Part shown: one piece after another, positions 59,619 to 64,000 of the stretch
How positions within the stretch are numbered: position 1 is the stretch's first letter
Layout: every line of letters begins with the position of its first letter
Source of the DNA: an uncultured virus (IMG/VR IMGVR_UViG_3300031722_000014)
Lineage: Duplodnaviria; Heunggongvirae; Uroviricota; Caudoviricetes
IMG/VR virus record: IMGVR_UViG_3300031722_000014
Length of the DNA: 64,000 nucleotides
Direction: 5' to 3' (one strand)
Notes under the pieces: model-generated
Told to the model about the DNA's origin: nothing
Database searches by the model: none
The model's input: only the letters and a program-made list of their open reading frames with translations
Program-made: the position numbers and the translations under genes

Positions 59619-60581
59619 TTATGCTAATCCAGCCCAAGATGCGATTTGATCGCGAAGAGCTTCAGCATCTCCAGCGCCAGCACCACTTGCTATAACATAA
59701 ACCTCTGCAGCCAAATCAGTAGATTTAACATATTGATTATCTGGACTCTGATAAGCTCTAGAATATTCTAGTACTAAGGTATCATAAGTTTTAGTTAAGT
59801 CAACGTTTAATTCTGGTTTGATAATAGGCCATTCTGTACGATAGGTAATTCCTTTATATCCAAGAGCAGCTTGTTCGCGATCTCTAACGATATATGGATT
59901 TCCTTTTCCAGGTTTGCTTTCAGTAGTAGTAATTGTAATTCCAGGAATTGCATTATATTTACTAGTGAAGAAGGTAGTTGGATTGCTAAAATAAGCAACA
60001 ACTTTCATGCTAACTTGAGAATAAGGAGTAATAGCTTCTTTCCCTTGAGTTGCGAATCCATTATCTACAACAGATTTAGCAGTCATTACTACGATACCAG
60101 CGGTACCATTAGTAGCAGTAACTCTAGCTCCCTTGTGGGCATTAATTCTATCAAAGAATTTGGTAGCCATAGTGGTGGCAGTTTCTCCAGCGGCGGCAAC
60201 TACTTCATAAGAATGAGTAAATTGTCCTGGATGTTCGAATAAATCTTTATAGATTACTCTAACAACATAACGATATCCTGAAACTACAGTAACACCAGTG
60301 AAATCAATAGTCGAAGCGGCAACTGTTTTTGCAACATATGCACAGGTTCCGTTAGGAGTGATTGATTTAACACTATTTTTTGCGATAACTTGAGTCTTAG
60401 CAATGCTAACTCCGTCTGCTTTTACATATCCAAGTTGAATTGAATCTGCAGCGGCAATACCGGTAGTAGCCATAACTGCGCCAGTAGTTGCATTTATAAC
60501 AACAATATCTCCAGCGGCTAAACTCGTTCCTGCTGTATTTACTTGTGTTCCAACAAATACAGTATTAGGTTTTTGCATCAT
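59619..60581 (-). CDS. Auxiliary capsid protein (crAss-like conserved structural protein)
   Basis: GYRYVVRVIYKD, PGQFTHSYEV, PGKG...VRDREQAALGYKGI, YQSPDNQY; synteny. Confidence 0.7.
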   Translation of the reverse strand: MMQKPNTVFVGTQVNTAGTSLAAGDIVVINATTGAVMATTGIAAADSIQLGYVKADGVSIAKTQVIAKNSVKSITPNGTCAYVAKTVAASTIDFTGVTVVSGYRYVVRVIYKDLFEHPGQFTHSYEVVAAAGETATTMATKFFDRINAHKGARVTATNGTAGIVVMTAKSVVDNGFATQGKEAITPYSQVSMKVVAYFSNPTTFFTSKYNAIPGITITTTESKPGKGNPYIVRDREQAALGYKGITYRTEWPIIKPELNVDLTKTYDTLVLEYSRAYQSPDNQYVKSTDLAAEVYVIASGAGAGDAEALRDQIASWAGLA

Positions 60582-60616
60582 AATTTTTTAATTTTTTTAG
60601 TTAATTTACTTGTCGA

Positions 60617-60687
60617 CTCAGTTCATAACTATCGTTTAGCTCTTCTACTTTCCCGTAATTGGATTTCCACGTCGATACTAAACTGAG
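60617..60687 (-). promoter_or_regulatory. Candidate structured 5' leader of the auxiliary capsid gene
   Basis: Minus strand CTCAGTT...AACTGAG closing stem enclosing GACGTGGAAATCC and TAC-GGGAAA-GTA. Confidence 0.4.
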
Positions 60688-60694
60688 ATCTTTT

Positions 60695-61600
60695 TTACTC
60701 AATTACTTGAGATTCCTGTGAGTAGGTTTGATACCTGCTGTCGGAAATGTTTTCTAACGCCAGTCTCACTGCTAAGACTATGATTTCATCCCACATGTGG
60801 TCTGGCATTATTTCTTTCCAAACTCCATCTTCATAGTATTTCAATGAATTTTCGTTTGAATTTATATCTTCTAATGTTCCTAAACTTGTAAATCCTGTAC
60901 CTACTAAAAAGTATCCATTATCATTACATTTATAGAATTCATTATTATATGTATTTTTATAGTATTCTCCTTCGTAACAATATGTAGTAGCAGGAGTAGC
61001 TAATTTTGGAGTAGAACCATCTTCTAGAAAATACCAACCAGGATACCAGCTAATAGATTTTGGTTTCATTAAATATGTCAATGAATAGTTGGATACAATA
61101 TAAGTTCCATCAGTATATAAATCTATTTTATTATCAGCGTATACTCTAAGTGGTTTTGCTTTTCCTAAATGGTATATATGATCTGAAAGAGTATCACTTA
61201 ATTTGGAATCTAAATTTTCAATAGTAGTTTCAACTACGTCTGTTCTTTTTGAAACTGGAGACTCGTCGGTTGTTTTTATATTTACATATTCTCCGAGTGC
61301 GAACCAATAATCATTTGGATAAGAAGTAGAATATACAGTATGTCCATTAAATTCAGATACTGCAAGTGTAGAAATATTAACGGTTTTAACAAGAGTTCTA
61401 AGATCATCTGATCTCTTTTGATCCTGTTGGAATCCTAATTTGTGCGAATTAACGCCAGAATATCTCGTCTTAGTAATTCTAGTAATCGCCGTATTTATCC
61501 AGTAGTCCTTTTCTTCAGGAAGAAAGGATGGATAACTAGCTATATCGCCAGACTTATCTAGTTCTAGATTAAATGCTCTATATGCGTTAAGTAATGTCAT
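60695..61600 (-). CDS. Head-tail ring protein
   Basis: ELDK...PSFLPEEKDYWIN...GFQQDQKRSDDLRTLV...EII.LAV.LALENI...RY; synteny. Confidence 0.75.
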   Translation of the reverse strand: MTLLNAYRAFNLELDKSGDIASYPSFLPEEKDYWINTAITRITKTRYSGVNSHKLGFQQDQKRSDDLRTLVKTVNISTLAVSEFNGHTVYSTSYPNDYWFALGEYVNIKTTDESPVSKRTDVVETTIENLDSKLSDTLSDHIYHLGKAKPLRVYADNKIDLYTDGTYIVSNYSLTYLMKPKSISWYPGWYFLEDGSTPKLATPATTYCYEGEYYKNTYNNEFYKCNDNGYFLVGTGFTSLGTLEDINSNENSLKYYEDGVWKEIMPDHMWDEIIVLAVRLALENISDSRYQTYSQESQVIE

Positions 61601-61602
61601 AT

Positions 61603-62355
61603 TTATTTACTCTCTATTTCATTTAATATTGCCATCTTCAAATCTCCGTTAGAGTTATTCTCCAAGTAAGCAATAGTGTCTTCTAATGAATTTCCGATTA
61701 TCTCGGTACCATAGTAATACACATTTTTAGTTTTTCTCATTACGTTCTTAGCAAGAGCTGCTTGTATAACGTACTCAGTGGTTTTACTTTTATTGTTAAC
61801 CCACTTAATAAAGAATTGTTCAGGACTTTTTTCTATCAGTTCAAATAATTTGTTTTCAACGAGTTCCGCTGACATTGTATCTGCTTTATAACCAAATAAT
61901 CGCAAGCATTTACGCATATCTTCGAGAGATAATTTGTCAAATTCCTTGATGGCATCTCTTTTGCGTTTTGCAATTTTGTTTGCTTCTTGCGCTTCTGAGT
62001 CTTCGTTTATTAATACATAGTCCGTATTCTGTCTTATATCTGTAAGTCCGTTAGATACTCTTTTGTGATTTCTCAAGAATAAGTATTGTAACTCATCCCA
62101 AGGTATTTCAGTATTTAGTATTAACTCTTTGTTTGTAATTTTAACAGCGAACGTGATCCAATATTTGCTCCATGGAGCTAATGTGTCTTTATCTAATCCT
62201 AATAGTTTCTCCAATCTGGCTGCATCTTCTTCTGTTAGACCAGTATGCCTGTTTCCAGATCTAGTTAACATAGGTGCAAGATAGTCAAAACAATTTTTAT
62301 ATTTTGTTACTCCCGACCAGGAGTCTTTTTTCTTATGACGTAATATTACTTTCAT
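61603..62355 (-). CDS. Conserved crAss-like protein downstream of the major capsid gene
   Basis: TRSG..HTGLTEEDA.RLEK.LG, DELQYLFL..HKRV, MRKCLRLFG; synteny. Confidence 0.75.
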   Translation of the reverse strand: MKVILRHKKKDSWSGVTKYKNCFDYLAPMLTRSGNRHTGLTEEDAARLEKLLGLDKDTLAPWSKYWITFAVKITNKELILNTEIPWDELQYLFLRNHKRVSNGLTDIRQNTDYVLINEDSEAQEANKIAKRKRDAIKEFDKLSLEDMRKCLRLFGYKADTMSAELVENKLFELIEKSPEQFFIKWVNNKSKTTEYVIQAALAKNVMRKTKNVYYYGTEIIGNSLEDTIAYLENNSNGDLKMAILNEIESK

Positions 62356-62422
62356 AGTTTTATAGTATTTATTTTCATTTATTTAATAAGTATAATGAAA
62401 CACTCGTTGGCATGATTGCCAG

Positions 62423-62461
62423 AAAAATAGGTATATGCCCCAGAACCAACCAGGGCATATA
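62423..62461 (-). terminator. Hairpin/terminator after the major capsid gene
   Basis: TATATGCCC...GGGCATATA 9-bp stem with a nearby T tract on the minus strand. Confidence 0.55.
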
Positions 62462-62467
62462 GTTTTG

Positions 62468-63946
62468 TTAGTCTTCAAGATCCATGATCAACTCACCACA
62501 AGCACGTGGGTCGCGAACCATGATACCTACTTCGCCTAAGAAGTGTACTGAATAACCATCTTTTGCATTTGAACGCAAAGTGTTAACAGAAGAAGCATAT
62601 CCTGCGCCAGGAGCTACAGAACCAGCATTATGCCAAATTGACAATTCGCGGCCTTTTCTAGCTACTTTAACAATGTTAGCTTCACCATCTCTTGTACCGA
62701 AGTCTAAGAAGGTAAATCTGTAAGATTCAAGTGGTTTACCAGTGATTGGGTGTGTTTGACGGTTAGACACGATATCATCATACAATGGCATGTGTTTAAC
62801 AGTTAATTCAATACCATTAGTCATTCTATAGGTAATGAACTGTCCACCTAATACTAATTCTTGACCAGAACCTGTAATAAATTTACTATCAACTAAAGTA
62901 AATGCAGATACTTTTTCTTTCAATAATCTATCGAATTCTCTCATACCCATTTCGCCGGTGAAAGCAACAAACTTACGTTCGTTAGTTCCCAACATATTGT
63001 ATGATAAATCAAATAAGAAATCTTCCAGCAATTCTGCGGTTAATTCAGTATAATATCTACGATTTGAAGGTGCAATTTGCTGTAACAGACCTGCTCCAAT
63101 ATAAACTGGACGACCGTTAGTACCCATTAAATCGGTAGTACCATCAGCATTTGCATTATATTTCGAATATACCAATTGTCTTTCAAGACGTTTGTACCAT
63201 TCTCTCATAGCTTTCCATTCTTGGAAGTCAGACCATAAATAAGAAGTTTTTCCTGTTTTAGGATCTTTCAAAGCAATTGCCAATACTGTACTGTAAGCAG
63301 AACCAGTAATATCATAAGACAAACGAACGGTTGTCAAGTGATTGTGCAATTTGATATGAGTGTTATAGTTTATGATATCAGCTTCTTCAGAATATTCTTC
63401 ATAAGCAGAACCTAAACGAGATACTTGAGTTCCTGGCAATAAGTATTGATAAGGAACGAAAGAACTTGCTTGACCATCAGCCAAGAAGCAGGTATAAACC
63501 CATTCGTTACCATCTTGATACGGTGCGCCAGCAACACGTAATTGATATTCTTTGTTGTCTAATTCCAAGATTGCTCCAGGACCAAACCATTTATCTTCCA
63601 ACCATAACATGATTGGTGTATTTCCAACGCCAGCAGAGGTAGTGCTCGAAGAAACTTCTGAGCCATTCCATTTTGCAGAACGAATTGCTACAGCGCGATC
63701 TGAGTCGATCATTACTGACCATCTGAATTCGCGTTGATCGATTGTCATAGTTTTTCCAAGACCACCGGTTAAGAAGTCTAAAGAAGAGCTATAACCACTA
63801 TCTTTTGTACCGAATACATAAGATATTACGCTAGATACTTCATGCGGTTTAGTTAACAGCGCATTCGATAACATATTTTCGTCAACAAGATCAGAAAAGA
63901 TTTTACCTTTGTATAGTTGTAGGTTATTTAAAATTCCATTATCCAT
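62468..63946 (-). CDS. Major capsid protein (crAss-like)
   Basis: 492 aa; LNNLQLYKGK, SAYEEYSEE, NHLTTVRLSYDITG, GAGLLQQI, TGEMGMREFD, HPITGKPLESYR, DGYSVHFLGE. Confidence 0.92.
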   Translation of the reverse strand: MDNGILNNLQLYKGKIFSDLVDENMLSNALLTKPHEVSSVISYVFGTKDSGYSSSLDFLTGGLGKTMTIDQREFRWSVMIDSDRAVAIRSAKWNGSEVSSSTTSAGVGNTPIMLWLEDKWFGPGAILELDNKEYQLRVAGAPYQDGNEWVYTCFLADGQASSFVPYQYLLPGTQVSRLGSAYEEYSEEADIINYNTHIKLHNHLTTVRLSYDITGSAYSTVLAIALKDPKTGKTSYLWSDFQEWKAMREWYKRLERQLVYSKYNANADGTTDLMGTNGRPVYIGAGLLQQIAPSNRRYYTELTAELLEDFLFDLSYNMLGTNERKFVAFTGEMGMREFDRLLKEKVSAFTLVDSKFITGSGQELVLGGQFITYRMTNGIELTVKHMPLYDDIVSNRQTHPITGKPLESYRFTFLDFGTRDGEANIVKVARKGRELSIWHNAGSVAPGAGYASSVNTLRSNAKDGYSVHFLGEVGIMVRDPRACGELIMDLED

Positions 63947-64000
63947 ATATAAAACTTAGTTTCATTTAATTATTATTGGGGTCTTCGTAGTAGTTGTGAA

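Noticed and set aside
15672..63737. Many short plus-strand ORFs antisense to the structural genes, and minus-strand ORFs antisense to the left-arm genes
   Set aside because: Shadow ORFs of long genes with biased codon usage (S/L/I/F-rich), no independent signals.

Overview
This 64 kb window is from a crAss-like (Crassvirales) bacteriophage, probably infecting a Bacteroidota host, and reads in the standard genetic code. It has two convergent arms meeting at a terminator near 15.07 kb. The plus-strand arm (1-15048) holds small hypothetical genes, a ~2.1 kb ORF-free and densely base-paired region (1053-3150), and a replication/recombination block: putative initiator, DnaB-like helicase, Sak4/AAA_24 ATPase, SSB, DnaG-like primase, MoxR AAA+ and VWA pair, and a PD-(D/E)XK nuclease. 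The minus-strand arm (64000 down to 15143) holds the major capsid protein, capsid/ring proteins, fibre genes, a lysis cluster, an IHF-like gene, a split muzzle gene, ejection/cargo proteins, a 4754-aa virion RNA polymerase (DFDVD) and a 2820-aa polyvalent cargo protein. Two observations stand out. First, a candidate free-standing large structured ncRNA (about 1.1-2.7 kb) closed by long-range helices and a crossing, P3/P7-like pairing. Second, a family of five dispersed ~100-130 bp bipartite, helically phased DNA sites, three of them inside genes and four spaced about 11-13 kb apart, reminiscent of strong gyrase sites. Also noted: tRNA-like intergenic elements, a subtilisin-like domain inside a tail fibre, and Shine-Dalgarno sites on the two genes right after the RNA region. 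All product calls come from motif recognition by eye, not database searches.
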